Shown: positions 62,972 to 64,000 of the stretch, one piece after another
How the letters are laid out: every line of letters starts with the position of its first letter
How positions within the stretch are numbered: the stretch's first letter is position 1
DNA from: an uncultured Alphaproteobacteria bacterium
Lineage (GTDB): Bacteria; Pseudomonadota; Alphaproteobacteria; HIMB59
Assembly: GCA_902521155.1 (NCBI GenBank)
Contig: CABYQR010000003.1
Coordinates: 602-64,601 of the forward strand
Reading direction: 5' to 3'
Length of the DNA stretch: 64,000 bases
The notes under the pieces: generated by a model
What the model saw: only the letters and a program-made list of their open reading frames with translations
What the model was told of the DNA's origin: nothing
Database searches by the model: none
Program-made: the position numbers and the translations under genes

Positions 62972-63805
62972 TTAAAAAATTTTAACCTCAAGTGTTTTGT
63001 TTAATTTAATAATTAACTGGCTCCAACCATTTGGTGCTAGCATTGAAGATTTATAAATATTTTTTTTATTAGATCGTAATTTAGGAAAAACTCCAGATGG
63101 ATTTTTAATTAAACAAGCGTATTTGGCCGAATTAAGCATATCTATATCATTTTTACTATCGCCTAAAGCAATAGTATTTTTAGAGTATGTATCATGAAAT
63201 TGAATATCATATATATGAGATATTAGCTTTTTAGCTATTCTTTTGTTGCATATAGATGATATTTGCATGAATCTACTACCTTGTATAAGAACTCCATTCT
63301 TTACTGATTTGAGATCATTTTTAAATTTCTTTAAATTTAATGGACTATCTTCCCAAAGAATAATCTGACTAGCCTCTCTATTAAGCATTTTACTCGTATT
63401 CATAAGATTTGTGTATTTTTTTAAAACATTAGAGGGAAGATCTTTGGCTATTAGAAATTTATAAATTTTTTGTTTGTTTAATAAAAATGTATACCAACTC
63501 TTAGATGATAATTTAGCTATTCTGATTTTCCAATATATACCGAAATCAGATGAGTTTTTAATTTTTTTAAATCGGTTTTTAGGAAAATATAAAACAGCAC
63601 CATTCTCAGTACTAAAGGGCATATTAATTAAATTTAATTCTTTTAATAAATATTTACATTCACTAAAAGTTTTACTCGTATTAAAAATAATTTCGTTCTG
63701 TTTACTAATAATACTTGAAATAAGTTTTTTATTATTACCATATGAATAATTTTCATGATTAAGTAAGGTTCCATCGAGATCAGTAAAGATCAAATACCTT
63801 TTCAT
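62972..63805 (-). CDS. gpgP: Glucosyl/mannosyl-3-phosphoglycerate phosphatase (HAD-IIB)
   Basis: FTDLDGTLL, TSKT, ENGA, ALGDSKND. Confidence 0.82.
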   Translation of the reverse strand: MKRYLIFTDLDGTLLNHENYSYGNNKKLISSIISKQNEIIFNTSKTFSECKYLLKELNLINMPFSTENGAVLYFPKNRFKKIKNSSDFGIYWKIRIAKLSSKSWYTFLLNKQKIYKFLIAKDLPSNVLKKYTNLMNTSKMLNREASQIILWEDSPLNLKKFKNDLKSVKNGVLIQGSRFMQISSICNKRIAKKLISHIYDIQFHDTYSKNTIALGDSKNDIDMLNSAKYACLIKNPSGVFPKLRSNKKNIYKSSMLAPNGWSQLIIKLNKTLEVKIF

Positions 63806-64000
63806 TTATATATAATCTTTTTCATTTTTTGGTTTTTATCTAGTGTAATTAAAATATTACAAAAGTCAGGACAAGTTAATGACATCCATTTAGACAATTT
63901 TTCATAATATTGGATAAATAGATATAGTTTCTTTTTAAGATTATTATCACTTCGCAATGAGCGAAGACCTAATTCTTGTTTATATTTCCAATCAATAATA
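63802..64000 (-). CDS. C-terminal fragment of a probable D-glycerate 3-kinase-like P-loop kinase
   Basis: Manual translation ...IIDWKYKQELGLRS...FIQYYEKLSKWM...ILITLDKNQKMKKIIYK*; ATGA overlap with gpgP. Confidence 0.55.
   Translation of the reverse strand, partial: IIDWKYKQELGLRSLRSDNNLKKKLYLFIQYYEKLSKWMSLTCPDFCNILITLDKNQKMKKIIYK

Overview
Very AT-rich, densely packed chromosomal segment from a streamlined alphaproteobacterium. A SAR11/HIMB59-like marine lineage is inferred from gene order (recG/sdhE-mfd; mltB-rlpA-dacA-tmk-holB-metG-tatD-MBL hydrolase), tiny spacers and head-to-head gene overlaps; it is not proven. Most genes are housekeeping: mnmH (partial), recG, mfd, metG, typA, msrA, yajQ, mazG, argBCD, guaBA, metY, and a glucosylglycerate cluster at the right end. 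There is one tRNA-Ser(UGA). All product calls come from recognising protein motifs by eye; no searches were run. Highlights: (1) an accessory DUF4956 / membrane-anchored CotH kinase-beta-helix / VTC-domain module beside tRNA-Ser, possibly an undescribed polyphosphate-fuelled extracytoplasmic phosphorylation system; (2) a DUF1611/DgcN-like gene overlapping argC-argB where ArgA/ArgJ would be expected, a candidate alternative N-acetylglutamate synthase; (3) a candidate dif site near a switch in gene orientation, suggesting the replication terminus; (4) a 17-bp duplication of the guaA 3' end bracketing a single-gene mini-island with arm-like repeats; (5) a small glycan-modification island. No CRISPR array, rRNA, integrase or transposase was seen.
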